Shown: in pieces, positions 6,465 through 16,775 of the stretch
Layout: every line of letters starts with the position of its first letter
Position numbering within the stretch: the stretch's first letter is position 1
NCBI GenBank assembly: GCA_964631415.1
Contig: CAZVZC010000041.1
Span: 1 to 16,775, forward strand
Source of the DNA: an uncultured archaeon
GTDB taxonomy: Archaea > Asgardarchaeota > Thorarchaeia > Thorarchaeales > Thorarchaeaceae
Length of the DNA: 16,775 bases
Direction of reading: 5' to 3'
The notes under the pieces: generated by a model
What the model was told of the DNA's origin: nothing
What the model saw: the letters and a program-made list of their open reading frames with translations, nothing else
Database searches by the model: none
Position numbers and translations under genes: made by a program

Positions 6465-7061
6465 TTAGGTCCTGATTATCCAGCTTACCATCTCAGCGTA
6501 GATCGGATTCTCCTTCATGAATGCATCCTGATAATTCTTGTTTGTGAAGTCCAACCAGATGTTCTGCAGGCCTGCATCGAAGCCAACTATCCGGACTGCC
6601 GCTTCGATTGGCCGAGGCCGGAACGCCACCACAGTAATGATGAATGATGTCACAGCCAATGCGACGACAGCATAGGCCCAGACACTGCTGGCTTGTCCTT
6701 GCCACAGATTGCCACCAACTATCATCAGAGCAAACACCAACATAGCCATCAGGAGTCCATCAGATACTAGACAGAGAAGCTTGTATCGGCAGTCGTCTTC
6801 GCTTGAATAGAAGTGGTCCTCACATACGGGAATCAAAAGAGCCATCGGGTTCCCTAGGGTCAGTCCGAGCCGTTTCCTGACACTGGGCATGTACATAGGG
6901 TCCCAAGAAGGTCGTAGGTATTGCTTTCTTCCGGGTATCGTAGTCACTCGAAGGAACTTTGTAGCCCGACCTCCACACACGGGACATATCCTAGGGAACT
7001 GTATCTTGCCCATCATGACCCTTACTATGGGTTTCTCAAAGACCTCTCTCCGTGGGCTCAC
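6465..7061 (-). CDS. Hypothetical membrane protein with N-terminal zinc-ribbon-like motif
   Basis: FPRICPVCG ... IPVCEDH, followed by two hydrophobic helices and a C-terminal FxNxxYxxxFxxxN tail. Confidence 0.7.
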   Translation of the reverse strand: MSPRREVFEKPIVRVMMGKIQFPRICPVCGGRATKFLRVTTIPGRKQYLRPSWDPMYMPSVRKRLGLTLGNPMALLIPVCEDHFYSSEDDCRYKLLCLVSDGLLMAMLVFALMIVGGNLWQGQASSVWAYAVVALAVTSFIITVVAFRPRPIEAAVRIVGFDAGLQNIWLDFTNKNYQDAFMKENPIYAEMVSWIIRT

Positions 7062-7489
7062 AGATTAACCTCGAAACAGTCCTGAACACTGGTCCTTCTC
7101 TCTGTCTAGATTAGTCTGTCGAATGGCGCCATACTGACACCCGCTGGCCACTAGGTGGTCATTAAACTGGTCATTGAGTATCAGTACCAGCATATCGAGT
7201 GACCAGCTCATGGTTACTTGTGAATCAATATGGCACACGAAAGCAACTCCCAGAACTTGCCTATGTTCTGCATCAAGAAACCGGCGACTAGGCAATCGAC
7301 TCAGGCACTCGCCTATGCGTACAGGACATTCGTCAGAGCATAGACTGAACAAGAGGAATCGACTGAATTGTGGCCGTCATTCCCACGACTTTGGCTGTGG
7401 GACGACCTGTCAGTCGATACTCTTGAGAGCCATCACGGGCGCTCCTAGTTTGCACAGACTTATCTGAAAGCTGCGCCATAGGTCGGGCT

Positions 7490-8059
7490 ATGTATTCTGG
7501 CCAGTTGATTCGGCTTCGGGCTCTTGAGATGACCGACCTTGCCAACATAATGAAAGGCTGGAACAACTTCGAGATGCGTCGCTTCCTTGCATCCATGTTG
7601 CCCATGTCAGAGAATGCTGAGAGAGAATGGCTGGACCGTGCGACAAAGTTCGATCCTTGGAGGGACGGGAACATGGTGTTGGCCATTGAGGATAAGAAGA
7701 CAAACGAATTCCTCGGCACTACTGGCCTCCACTCGATTTCTAGGCAGGACAGGAAAGCAGAATTTGGGATTGCGATACATGATCCGAGGAACTTCGGCAA
7801 AGGGTATGGAACAGACGCGACAAGAGTGACTCTGTGGGTTGGTTTTCATGTTCTCGGCCTAAACAGCATCTATCTACATGCTCTGGCCCACAACTCACGT
7901 GCCCTACACGTCTATGAGAAGAACCACTTCAAGAGAGTGGGTGTCCTTAGGCAGGCGTTGTTCGTGGAAGGCGAGTTTCGTGATACTGTGATCATGGACA
8001 TACTGAAGAGCGAGTTCATGAGAGAGTACCCCCCGGGTTCCAAGATTGGGGAGCCATAG
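7490..8059 (+). CDS. GNAT N-acetyltransferase, RimJ/RimL family
   Basis: IRLRALE, AEFGIAI...FGKGYGTDA, LGLNSIYL...NSRALHVYEK..FKRVGVLR. Confidence 0.9.
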   Translation: MYSGQLIRLRALEMTDLANIMKGWNNFEMRRFLASMLPMSENAEREWLDRATKFDPWRDGNMVLAIEDKKTNEFLGTTGLHSISRQDRKAEFGIAIHDPRNFGKGYGTDATRVTLWVGFHVLGLNSIYLHALAHNSRALHVYEKNHFKRVGVLRQALFVEGEFRDTVIMDILKSEFMREYPPGSKIGEP

Positions 8060-8087
8060 TCCCACTTCGCAAGCACGAGTTCCGGAA

Positions 8088-8750
8088 TCACTGCTGCCTT
8101 CTGGCCGCACTGAACCTTGGATGCAGCCTGCCTGTCTTTGCGGCATACTGACTATATGCTTCACCGAACAACACACCCAGCTCCGTTTCTTCCTCGCGAA
8201 CCTGACGCGGAAGAGAAACCCAGCCGATTGCCGTGACTGCAATCAGCCAGATTCCTGTTGTCAAGAAGATGAAGAGAGTTTCTCCAAGGTATGAAACATA
8301 CATGGGATGTCTTACAAGTCTGTAAGGGCCACCTGTGGCAAGCACATAGGTCTCCGGCATTGGTTTGTACAATGGCGTGTAGTTGACATTGTAGTAGTAG
8401 ACACCCACGCCCATGACAAGATGGCACCAGATGCCGACCAGCCCGATTACGTTGAGGTACCAAGGAAGGTCCCATGTCACATTCAAGAGTGCGTTTTGCA
8501 GAGGGTCGAAGAGAAGCCCTCCGATGACTGCAAGCACAAACACTATGTTGCCTCCCATGGCCAGTGTGACGCCAAACTTGGACCAAGTCATGCCTGGTGC
8601 GCGGCGCACTATCCCCGAATCCGGCCGCTCGAGCGCGATGGAGCCTGATGGCAGACTATGACCTCTTCTTCTTCTCAAAACGCCTGTGACCACGCCAGAA
8701 ACAATCCATGCCCCGAGTATTCCAATGAGAAGGACGGGTCTGTCAAGCAT
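8088..8750 (-). CDS. Isoprenylcysteine carboxylmethyltransferase/PEMT-family membrane methyltransferase
   Basis: LATGGPYRLVRHPMY, REEETEL..LFGEAYSQY...TGR motifs; multiple transmembrane segments. Confidence 0.85.
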   Translation of the reverse strand: MLDRPVLLIGILGAWIVSGVVTGVLRRRRGHSLPSGSIALERPDSGIVRRAPGMTWSKFGVTLAMGGNIVFVLAVIGGLLFDPLQNALLNVTWDLPWYLNVIGLVGIWCHLVMGVGVYYYNVNYTPLYKPMPETYVLATGGPYRLVRHPMYVSYLGETLFIFLTTGIWLIAVTAIGWVSLPRQVREEETELGVLFGEAYSQYAAKTGRLHPRFSAARRQQ

Positions 8751-8977
8751 GTTCGTCAGAGTTCATGCAGTAGCTCTTAAAGCCTCATTATTCCCAACGC
8801 CTGTTGCCCTTGGGCCAGTGGTTTGAAACAGAAAACCCCGGCAGAGTTGTTTTGCAGGCAGCTCGATGCAGGTCGCGATTCTCTATGATTGACGAGAGAG
8901 CTCGCCCGAATCTCACGACAGGTCTTTCTGGTTTCGATACCGTAGCCGCACTGTTAGCACGATGAGGTAAGAACATC

Positions 8978-9457
8978 ATGACTCAGAGGACTGACGTGAC
9001 AATAGCCTATTGCGGCGTCTGTTGCGATCACTGCGCCATGCGGGAACGCGTGCCCAAAATGGCCAAGGACCTCAAGAGATTCATCGACGCTTACGGCTAC
9101 GAACAGTGGATCCACAATGTGACGAACGAGTTCGACTTCGACAACCTCATGAAAGGACTAGGATGGTTCATGTCCTCTGGTTGTAGGGGTTGTCCTAGTG
9201 GAGGTGGTATGCCCCACTGTGAGGTGAGAGAGTGCTGTTCAGGACTCGGGAAGGACAATTGCTACTCGTGTGCGGATTTTCCGTCCTGTCAAAAGCTCAT
9301 CTACCAGAAGCAGACATACATAATCGATGACAACCATGCAAGAATCATGGAAACAGGCTATGCGAAATGGCTGAGAGAACAAAGTCGGAAATCCAGAAAG
9401 GGGTTTGACAACATCGAGTATCTCGAACAGACCTTGAAGATGGAGAAGCGCGAATAG
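8978..9457 (+). CDS. DUF3795-like Cys-rich protein
   Basis: AYCGVCCDHC ... CRGC ... CEVRECC ... NCYSCADFPSC. GAGGT RBS upstream. Confidence 0.8.
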   Translation: MTQRTDVTIAYCGVCCDHCAMRERVPKMAKDLKRFIDAYGYEQWIHNVTNEFDFDNLMKGLGWFMSSGCRGCPSGGGMPHCEVRECCSGLGKDNCYSCADFPSCQKLIYQKQTYIIDDNHARIMETGYAKWLREQSRKSRKGFDNIEYLEQTLKMEKRE

Positions 9458-9669
9458 ACCACCCAGATCTCACTAATTCCAGAACAGGACCATTTTCTGC
9501 GGTTCATCTACTGCCTAGGCGGCAACTAACCTCACAGGCAGCGTGCACTAGTCTGAACGGATTACAGGTGGAAATCGATTGGAGAAACGCAACAACCAAA
9601 AGCAGCGTTTATCCACCGCCCGGACAGCAATCCAGTGCTCCGTCAGAGAACGCATGAAGGATACCTCTC

Positions 9670-11682
9670 ATGTCATCTATACCCACTATTCAGGACAAGG
9701 CCATTAACACAATACGCTTCCTAGCAGCGGACGCTGTACAGAATGCAAACTCAGGTCACCCTGGAATGCCCATGGGCACAGCTGCAATGGCCTATGCTCT
9801 TTGGACACGACACCTACGCTTCAACCCTCAGAATCCAGCTTGGCCAGACAGAGACAGGTTTGTACTGTCAGGCGGGCACGGCTCCATGCTCCTCTATGCT
9901 CTCTTGCATCTCACGGGCTATGAGTTGCCGCTCGAAGAACTGAAGGCTTTCCGCCAATGGAAGTCGCGGACTCCAGGTCACCCTGAGAGAGGACTGACGC
10001 CAGGGGTCGAGGTCACAACAGGACCTCTAGGCCAAGGCTTCGGTAATGCTGTCGGCATGGCAATCGCTGAAACCCACCTAGAAGCAGAGTTCAATCGTAC
10101 AGGTCACAAAGTCATTGACCATTACACGTATGTCATAGCCACGGACGGCGACCTGATGGAGGGACTGTCATACGAGACCGCCTCCCTTGCAGGGCATCTG
10201 CGTCTAAGCAAGCTGATCGTGCTTTATGACGACAATCGTATCTCCATTGATGGCAGCACAGACCTTACGTTCACAGAAGACCGAAAAGTACGTTTCGAGG
10301 CCCAAGGCTGGCATGTGCAAGCAGTTCAGGACGGAAATGATGTCGATGCTGTCGACAATGCCATCAAGAAGGCAAAGGAGGATTCTCGCCCTTCGTTGAT
10401 CATCTGTAGGACTCACATAGGCTATGGGTTGCCGAAGAAGCAAGACACCGCCGAGGCTCACGGCGAGCCGCCTGGTGAGGAGGAACTCAAGGGTGCCAAG
10501 CTCAAGCTTGGTTGGCCACTCGAACCGAGGTTCTACATACCTGACGACGTTCTCAAACACTTCCGCGAAGCCATAGGGCGAGGAAAGAAACTGGAGTCAG
10601 AATGGAAGATGCGTATGGACCGTTATCGTCAGGCGTACCCCGACCAAGCAGCCGAACTCGAACGTCGTCTTGCAGGCAGATTGAAGGCGGGCTGGGACAC
10701 AGACCTGCCATCTTTCCCAGCAGACCCAAAGGGAATGGCGACTCGAGCCGCATCCGGTAAAGTGATCAATGCACTCGCCGCGCGGCTCTCTGAGATGATG
10801 GGGGGCTCAGCAGATCTCACGACCTCCAACAAGACCTGGATTGACGAAGGCCCTGCATTTCAGAAGGATACCCCACAGGGGCGGAACCTCCACTTCGGGG
10901 TCCGCGAACATGCAATGGGAGCAATCGTGAATGGCCTCGCTGTCCATGGCGGCATCATCCCCTTCTGCGGGACCTTCTTGGTCTTCGCAGACTACATGCG
11001 GCCAGCAATACGGCTGTCTGCTGTTTCGGGATATCCGAGCATCTGGCTCTACACGCATGACAGCATAGGTCTCGGAGAAGACGGCCCGACTCATCAGCCA
11101 GTCGAGCATCTCGCCTCGCTCCGGGCTATCCCGAATGTTGTGGTCATCCGACCCGCGGACGCAAATGAGGTGACAGAGGCGTGGAAGATTGCCGTCGCTC
11201 GCAGAGATGGTCCGACCATTCTGGTGCTCTCGCGTCAGAACTTGCCAGTCCTAGATCGAAAGACGGCCGGCGCAGCAAGTGGCCTGATACGCGGTGCGTA
11301 TGTGTTGGCCGACTTGGGCGGCCACCCACCAGAGGTCATCCTAATGGCATCAGGCTCGGAGGTGGGCCCAACTCTGAAGGCGGCCGAGAAGCTGGCCTCC
11401 GAAGGGATCGGAGTGAGGGCGATTTCCTTTCCTAGCTGGGAGCTCTTCGCTGCTCAAGACAAGAACTATCGTGACTCAGTCCTGATACCCAATGTCACTG
11501 CCCGGCTTGCTGTTGAAGCCGGTGTTTCTCAAGGATGGGCAAGATGGACTGGCGATAAGGGGGCCTTCGTTTCTATTGAGAGATTCGGAGCGTCGGCGCC
11601 GTCCCAGGTTGTCTTTGAACAGTACGGCTTCTCAGTCGACAATATTACCAAGCGAGCCAAGGAGTTACTTGCAAACCAGTAA
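9670..11682 (+). CDS. tkt: Transketolase (single-chain, bacterial type)
   Basis: [45 protein letters not shown] and [16 protein letters not shown] motifs; 670 aa. Confidence 0.97.
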   Translation: MSSIPTIQDKAINTIRFLAADAVQNANSGHPGMPMGTAAMAYALWTRHLRFNPQNPAWPDRDRFVLSGGHGSMLLYALLHLTGYELPLEELKAFRQWKSRTPGHPERGLTPGVEVTTGPLGQGFGNAVGMAIAETHLEAEFNRTGHKVIDHYTYVIATDGDLMEGLSYETASLAGHLRLSKLIVLYDDNRISIDGSTDLTFTEDRKVRFEAQGWHVQAVQDGNDVDAVDNAIKKAKEDSRPSLIICRTHIGYGLPKKQDTAEAHGEPPGEEELKGAKLKLGWPLEPRFYIPDDVLKHFREAIGRGKKLESEWKMRMDRYRQAYPDQAAELERRLAGRLKAGWDTDLPSFPADPKGMATRAASGKVINALAARLSEMMGGSADLTTSNKTWIDEGPAFQKDTPQGRNLHFGVREHAMGAIVNGLAVHGGIIPFCGTFLVFADYMRPAIRLSAVSGYPSIWLYTHDSIGLGEDGPTHQPVEHLASLRAIPNVVVIRPADANEVTEAWKIAVARRDGPTILVLSRQNLPVLDRKTAGAASGLIRGAYVLADLGGHPPEVILMASGSEVGPTLKAAEKLASEGIGVRAISFPSWELFAAQDKNYRDSVLIPNVTARLAVEAGVSQGWARWTGDKGAFVSIERFGASAPSQVVFEQYGFSVDNITKRAKELLANQ

Positions 11683-11736
11683 TCCATAGATCGTGCACTC
11701 AATCGAGCATCATCTGCTAGGGAGCACGTGCAGATG

Positions 11737-12960
11737 CTAGGAGGAACCCGCCAACCGCGGTTCGGAAATACCCGGCGCCATCGCCCTGAGAGCGTCTGAA
11801 GCAGCTACTCTCAACTCCTCGTCCAAGTCAAGACTTGCGCGAGTGAGAGCAGGGATTGCTCGACCGTCCCCAATCAGCCCAAGGGCTTCAGCAGCCAGTT
11901 TCCTTGCCACTCTTGCTCTCTGAGTCAGTGCCGCCTCAAGACTATCTAACGACCTAGGGTGAGATACTTCCGCAGCCTGAAGCGCATCTGCATACCCAAT
12001 TTCACGTGCATGAGAAAGCAGATCAATGAGGACAGGGACTGCATCATGCCCGATTTTGGCCAGACTCTGTACGGCTTCGGTCTGGACACAGGAATCGAAA
12101 TCATTCAGTGCTTCAACGAGCACTTGCCCACTCCTTGGCAATGCAATCTGACCAAGTGCAGTGACGGCCGTCTTTCGCACCCAGGAATACTGGTCCTTCA
12201 CGGCCGCACCTAGGTAGGGCTCAGCTCTCGGGTCACCAATCTTCCCCAGCTTCTCGGCTGCAACAGCACGCTCAGTCGAGTTCCTACCGGTGAGCGTAAG
12301 AATGGCCCTCAGCAGCTCTGCACCCTGTTCTGATGTGTTCGTGAAGGAAACCTGGGCCGGATCGAGATCGCAGCTTGTTTCGCACGGTATGTTAGTACCA
12401 TCAATCCCTAGCTCGCTTAGAAACCTCTCGAATCCTGTGTGGGGTAACCTGTCCCTAATGGTAGAGGTCATGAACGCGAAGCCATAGTATGTGGAAGCGA
12501 GTGAGCAGGTATCAATCGAGCCCCTGCAAGTGCGCTCGATCTCAACGCGTCTGGATTCGAGAATGTCTGGAATCAGAACAGCCGCAGATGATTTCTCAAG
12601 AGAGCCTACATCCAAGAAGAACGTATTCCCATTGGAAACCTGTTCACGAAGAAGACGGACTGCAATCGCCCTAGCGGACACAATTCCTCGATTAATCTTA
12701 AGACGCCCCATCTCCTCGATGATGTCGATAGGATTTCTATCCAGTCCTTGTAGGTCAGAGATGTTGAGGGCGTCGAATACTGTATGCCTGCATAGACCCC
12801 ACCGCAATCGAAACTGTTGTGTTAGCGATAGTTTCCGAAGACGACCAACAAGGTCAAGGACACCGTTGCCAGCGAGATCCTCTTCAATCACATCTCTTAG
12901 CCGGTCCGCCTGTCTGTTGAGAATCACATCAATAATCTCGGCGGGAGGCATTTCACTCAA
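11737..12960 (-). CDS. HEAT/PBS-lyase repeat-containing protein
   Basis: Repeats such as RAVAAEKLGKIGDPRAEPYL, VRKTAVTALGQI and ARKLAAEALGLIGDGRAIPAL in the C-terminal half. N-terminal domain unknown; start uncertain. Confidence 0.8.
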   Translation of the reverse strand: MSEMPPAEIIDVILNRQADRLRDVIEEDLAGNGVLDLVGRLRKLSLTQQFRLRWGLCRHTVFDALNISDLQGLDRNPIDIIEEMGRLKINRGIVSARAIAVRLLREQVSNGNTFFLDVGSLEKSSAAVLIPDILESRRVEIERTCRGSIDTCSLASTYYGFAFMTSTIRDRLPHTGFERFLSELGIDGTNIPCETSCDLDPAQVSFTNTSEQGAELLRAILTLTGRNSTERAVAAEKLGKIGDPRAEPYLGAAVKDQYSWVRKTAVTALGQIALPRSGQVLVEALNDFDSCVQTEAVQSLAKIGHDAVPVLIDLLSHAREIGYADALQAAEVSHPRSLDSLEAALTQRARVARKLAAEALGLIGDGRAIPALTRASLDLDEELRVAASDALRAMAPGISEPRLAGSS

Positions 12961-13139
12961 CTCGGAATACTGGAGAAGAACCTTGGTTTCGCATATAACG
13001 TTGCTTTTGCGTGTTCGGTGATCTCACGCACTCATGCACTGTCTGTGCTCGTGTGTTCAGAATTGTCACTATTGTGCAATTAATAAGGGACCTGTACTCC
13101 ACGGTGTGCTGGACACAGTCTGGTCCGAGGATGACAATT

Positions 13140-13556
13140 ATGGCGTCGAAGGAACTGATTGACCTAATGAACAAGGGAATCTCAAGAGAGATACAGGTAA
13201 GCATCCAATACATGTGGCAGCACGTGCGGATATACGGCTTCAACCATCTCCCTATAGCAGATGAGCTGAAGAAGATAGCAATTCAAGAGATGAAGCATGC
13301 CGAGAGCATCGCCGACCGAGTCGACTACTTGGGTTTCGAGCCCACGACCGTACCCGCTACGATAACTGTTGGCAAGGCAGCTGAAGAGATGATTGCAATA
13401 GACAAGAAGGCCGAAGAAGAAGCCATCACGCTCTATAGACAGATCATTGAGAAAGCGTTTGCCGAGAAGGATCATGTCACAAGGGAACTCTTCGAAGACA
13501 TACTTGAAGATGAAGAGGACCACCACAACGTGTTCAGCACACTGTTGGAGAAATAG
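13140..13556 (+). CDS. Bacterioferritin/ferritin-like protein
   Basis: E-x-x-x-x-x-QY, EMKHAESIADR, EEEAITLY and EEDHH ferroxidase pattern. GAGG RBS at 13127-13130. Confidence 0.9.
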   Translation: MASKELIDLMNKGISREIQVSIQYMWQHVRIYGFNHLPIADELKKIAIQEMKHAESIADRVDYLGFEPTTVPATITVGKAAEEMIAIDKKAEEEAITLYRQIIEKAFAEKDHVTRELFEDILEDEEDHHNVFSTLLEK

Positions 13557-13904
13557 AACCACCTAGTCTAACCGGTTCAGTCTGGAGGCAGTGACATAGC
13601 ACAAGTGGAACTGCCTGCAGACCGAACCGACTGCGCTTCTTTTCTTAAGTGATTTCTGTCCTGAATGACTCTGACGGGTTCATAATATGCCCACAGATTG
13701 CAGGCCGAATGACGATTGACAGAGGTGGTTTCATGGTCCCAAAAAGGACATCGGGGTGCACTCATCAAGGCCGGGGTCCGTCACTCGATGCCAAATGAAA
13801 ACCCGGTCAAGAGCTATTTAAGACTGCATTCAGATTTCCCGCACTGTCCATCTCCTAGTGAACTTCTACATGCCGTGCATTAATCCTGCGGCCGGAGCGG
13901 TGCT

Positions 13905-14915
13905 ATGCGACCAATGAGCCAGAACAGGTCCACAGTCGGGAATGACGAGGCGGCTGTCATGCCTTCAAAGTCGCTGCAGAGCAGTCATACATTCGCAGTG
14001 ATGGAGGCGCTCCTGGTCACAGTCCTCTGGTCCTCCTCATGGGTTCTTATCAAGTTCGGACTTCAGGACGTCCCGCCGTTGATTTTCTCCAGTCTGAGAT
14101 ACTCAGGCGCCTCAGCGATTCTCTTGGGTGCGATACTCGCAAAGCCAAAACACCGGACCTTCCTCAAGAGCAGGAACAGGCGATGGTGGGGGTCGATAGC
14201 AGCATATGGTACGATATTCATCGCAATCACTCAGGGGGCTCAGTATGTCGGACTTGGAGTCCTTGATGCTATCACTGTTTCCATGATGCTGAACCTCACA
14301 CCCATACTCGTGCTATTGCTTGGCAGTTCTCTCTTGAGGGAAGTACCCTCGCGTCGCCAAGTCGCACTGATTCTTCTTGGTGTACTTGGGGCTATGATCT
14401 ACGTGTATCCCGTCGAATTTGATGCTTCACAGGCAATTGGGTTAACGGTTGTAATAGTAGCAGTCATTGCCAACGCCGTGTCGTCGATAATGGGCAGGTC
14501 GATAAACAGAGCACGTGACTCACCACCACTCATAGTCACGGGACTAAGTATGGCGGTCGGTTCGATTCTGCTCCTAGTTGCGGGACTTGCCGTTGAAGGC
14601 ATTGTGTCATTGACCCCCATATCGATAATCTATGTAGTGTGGTTGAGTGTGGTGAATACAGCCTTTGCCTTTACGCTGTGGAATGGAGCCATGCAGACGC
14701 TTCGAGCTGTCGACATGTCGATCATCAACAGCACTATGATGCCACAGATCGCTCTGCTCGCGGTCTGGTTTCTCGGCGAGATGCCTACTATCTTGGACTG
14801 GGTGGGATTGGCGGTGCTAGGCATCAGTGTGACTCTCGTGCAAGTGGATCAAGCCCGCAGACTCACCTCTAATCAGGAGACCAAGACAGACAACAGCCCA
14901 ACAGACCCAGAGTGA
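13905..14915 (+). CDS. EamA/DMT-family transporter
   Basis: LWSSSWVLIKFGL..VPPL...LRY, LLREVP, FLGEMP; about 10 transmembrane segments. The true start may be 13959 or 14001. Confidence 0.9.
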   Translation: MRPMSQNRSTVGNDEAAVMPSKSLQSSHTFAVMEALLVTVLWSSSWVLIKFGLQDVPPLIFSSLRYSGASAILLGAILAKPKHRTFLKSRNRRWWGSIAAYGTIFIAITQGAQYVGLGVLDAITVSMMLNLTPILVLLLGSSLLREVPSRRQVALILLGVLGAMIYVYPVEFDASQAIGLTVVIVAVIANAVSSIMGRSINRARDSPPLIVTGLSMAVGSILLLVAGLAVEGIVSLTPISIIYVVWLSVVNTAFAFTLWNGAMQTLRAVDMSIINSTMMPQIALLAVWFLGEMPTILDWVGLAVLGISVTLVQVDQARRLTSNQETKTDNSPTDPE

Positions 14916-15036
14916 GCTCTCACGGCTTTCGGAACACGTGTTCCAACGAATCTACCTCAAAAAAGAGTACCGACGGGGTTTCGTGGAGCGAAGTACGTCT
15001 GCAAACTCACCGAGCGAAGGCATACCGTTCTCTACA

Positions 15037-16065
15037 TCAGAGTCCGCTCAGCATCTCCTGATACAGCTGCAGAGCCTGGCTTGCCGTACTGACACCTTTG
15101 ATGATGGCATTTCCACTCTGCATGATGGTGATCTGCGCACCGGCATCTGTTTCGACTCTCACAAACCCCGGTCGCTCGACTGTCTTGTGCTTCCCTCTCA
15201 CGCGTCTTGCCACAGCAGAGGTGTCAATAGCTGTGGGTCCCACAGGGGATACGTTGAAGCTCCCCGAACAGAGCATAGTGACAGCTGGAGAGTCGTGTTT
15301 CTCTGCCGCTCTTTTTGTTGGGGCTGAACATATGGGACACCCTTCCACGCGCCCTATGTCAAAGAAGTCAAAGGCCAAGTCGTTCATGTCAATTGCCATC
15401 AGCCGTCCGGCCAGACGAGGATGCCGATTCACTGCTATCAGGACTGCCTCTTGAACCTCTACAGAGGCTGCCATCGGCAACAGCATCGGTGAAACACCCA
15501 CCGTTTGACAGGTGTTGTCAGGGTTGTCTTGAACATCACCCATCATGCACTGCAGACACCCAGTCTGTCCCGGGAGGAATGTTGTGATGTTGGCATAGTA
15601 CTCGATTGCACCTGCGAACACATAGGGAATCTTCAACCTGACACTTGCAGAGTTGACAGCCCGTCTTGACTGAACAGTGTCCAGACCGTCGAGTATGACG
15701 TCCGATCCCTTCAACAGTTTCTGAGCGTTGTTCGTGTCAATGGATACCGTGATCGGTTCAAACTCCACATCGGGGTTCATGAGCGCAAGGTTAGAGGCGG
15801 CTGCGTCGGCCTTTGGTCGGCCGATATCACTTGTATTGTATACAGTCTGTCGTTGAATGTTGGACAGCTCCACTATGTCGCGGTCTATGATACGGACCTT
15901 GCCAAAGCCCATGGCGACAAGAAGGCGGAGTGCCGGGCTGCCTAGTCCGCCGGCCCCGACCACAGACACCGTGGTTTTCAAGACAGACGCCATTTCTTTC
16001 TCTCCGAAGTCACGGAGAGCAAGAGTCCGGGAGTATCTCTCCCTCTGTTCATCAGTCAGCGCCAT
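15037..16065 (-). CDS. ThiF/MoeB/HesA-family E1-like adenylyltransferase
   Basis: RYSR, VVGAGGLGS, DRDIVELSNIQRQ, DGLD, CLQC...CPIC zinc ligands, plus an extra C-terminal domain. Confidence 0.92.
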   Translation of the reverse strand: MALTDEQRERYSRTLALRDFGEKEMASVLKTTVSVVGAGGLGSPALRLLVAMGFGKVRIIDRDIVELSNIQRQTVYNTSDIGRPKADAAASNLALMNPDVEFEPITVSIDTNNAQKLLKGSDVILDGLDTVQSRRAVNSASVRLKIPYVFAGAIEYYANITTFLPGQTGCLQCMMGDVQDNPDNTCQTVGVSPMLLPMAASVEVQEAVLIAVNRHPRLAGRLMAIDMNDLAFDFFDIGRVEGCPICSAPTKRAAEKHDSPAVTMLCSGSFNVSPVGPTAIDTSAVARRVRGKHKTVERPGFVRVETDAGAQITIMQSGNAIIKGVSTASQALQLYQEMLSGL

Positions 16066-16134
16066 CTGTTTGCCCCATCCAACTACTACTAGTCATGACT
16101 TAAACAACGTGTTCTGCACCGCTGGCAGAATACG

Positions 16135-16675
16135 TCAGAGCTGCAGTGGTTTCTCCCATTCCTCAAGAACACTCTGAGTTTCCCGTCGTACCTTCTCAAG
16201 CACTCTCTTGGATTTCTGTGTCACATCGGTGGACAGTTCCTCGTCACAGCGTCCCAGCAACATCTCAAGATGCTTTAGCGGTTGCTTGGCGCAATCGCCC
16301 CAGTCCCAGACACAACACCAACGGCGTCCTATGTCAGCACCATAGGCAGCCTCGGCCTTGGCTCTGATCTCAGGAGAGAGTATGGTACCCGGATGAAGCC
16401 AAGGCATGTCTGTGCCATTTGACTCGACACCGAATATCGCGTTCGAGAAGAAGAGATAGATAGGAACATGCATGCGTTCAGCGAGTTGTTTCAGACGCTG
16501 AGCTCCTATCAGACCGCCTGCAGTGGAATAGACAATCACTGCACGTATGTCTGGACCGCGGGCGAGTGGGGCGTCGAAGATACGTTCGATGGCTCCACCA
16601 GTGGCTATTGCGTACCCCACTAAAATCACAGATTCAGGCGATAGCGCCTCGAAGTTCTCGTAGGCAAGCTCGGTC
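16135..16675 (-). pseudogene. 3' part of a type I phosphoribosyltransferase (UPRTase-like) gene interrupted by repeat copy 3
   Basis: VILVGYAIATGG resembles the PRPP-binding loop (hhhhD.hATGG). The ORF begins abruptly at the element junction and lacks an N-terminal half. Confidence 0.6.
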
Positions 16676-16775
16676 ACCGTTCATTGTTAGTTGGACAAAG
16701 TTGGACACAGGAGTCTTTGCCCTCCCAGAAACGGCACTGGGGTCGCACTCCTTGAGACTGGAATGTGTCGAGGCA
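16676..16775 (-). mobile_element. Insertion element copy 3 (truncated by the window end)
   Basis: ACC-GTTCATTGTTAGTTGGACAAAGTTGGACAC...; 7 differences from copy 2 over 97 nt; same orientation and boundary. Confidence 0.88.

Noticed and set aside
7062-7489. ~430-bp gap with short imperfect repeats (CGACTAGGCA/CGACTCAGGCA) and ORFs 7065-7352 and 7174-7467
   Set aside because: The ORFs are not protein-like, and the repeats are too short and irregular. Treated as a divergent intergenic region.
8088-8750. ICMT-like, HEAT-repeat, E1-like and PEBP proteins as eukaryotic signature proteins
   Set aside because: All four families are widespread in prokaryotes, and nothing here points to the eukaryote-like subtypes.
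347-16775. Repeats read as a CRISPR array, integron attC sites, or ends of one composite transposon
   Set aside because: The units are 185 bp long and kilobases apart, with no cas or integrase genes. The two flanks of copy 1 rejoin into one gene, showing an independent insertion rather than a cassette boundary.

Overview
AT/GC-balanced, gene-dense window with TATA-like boxes upstream of several genes. It is probably archaeal and anaerobic; an Asgard- or Bathyarchaeia-like host is only an inference. It holds housekeeping and redox genes: the 3' end of serS, rubrerythrin-like, SOR-like and bacterioferritin-like proteins, transketolase, ThiF/MoeB, EamA, GNAT, ICMT-like and HEAT-repeat proteins. 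Two things stand out. (1) There are three co-oriented copies of a non-coding insertion with a 182-bp body (347-534, 5245-5432, and 16676 to the window end). It is bounded by a GGT core and has tandem 10-bp motifs inverted at unequal distances from its ends. It also has an internal TATA box that would drive a ~100-nt pseudoknotted RNA reading out into the flank. It splits a YbhB/YbcL gene, and precise removal restores the ORF; it also interrupts a PRTase-like gene. The best model is a protein-free IS607-type mini-element expressing an omega/guide-like RNA. (2) A threonine-synthase-fold protein lacks the PLP Schiff-base lysine and is fused to a PadR-type wHTH. It lies divergent from an ECF S-component gene, with a perfect 16-bp palindrome between them and a three-way-junction/kissing-loop structure in the transporter leader. 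This is a candidate vitamin/metabolite-sensing regulatory module.
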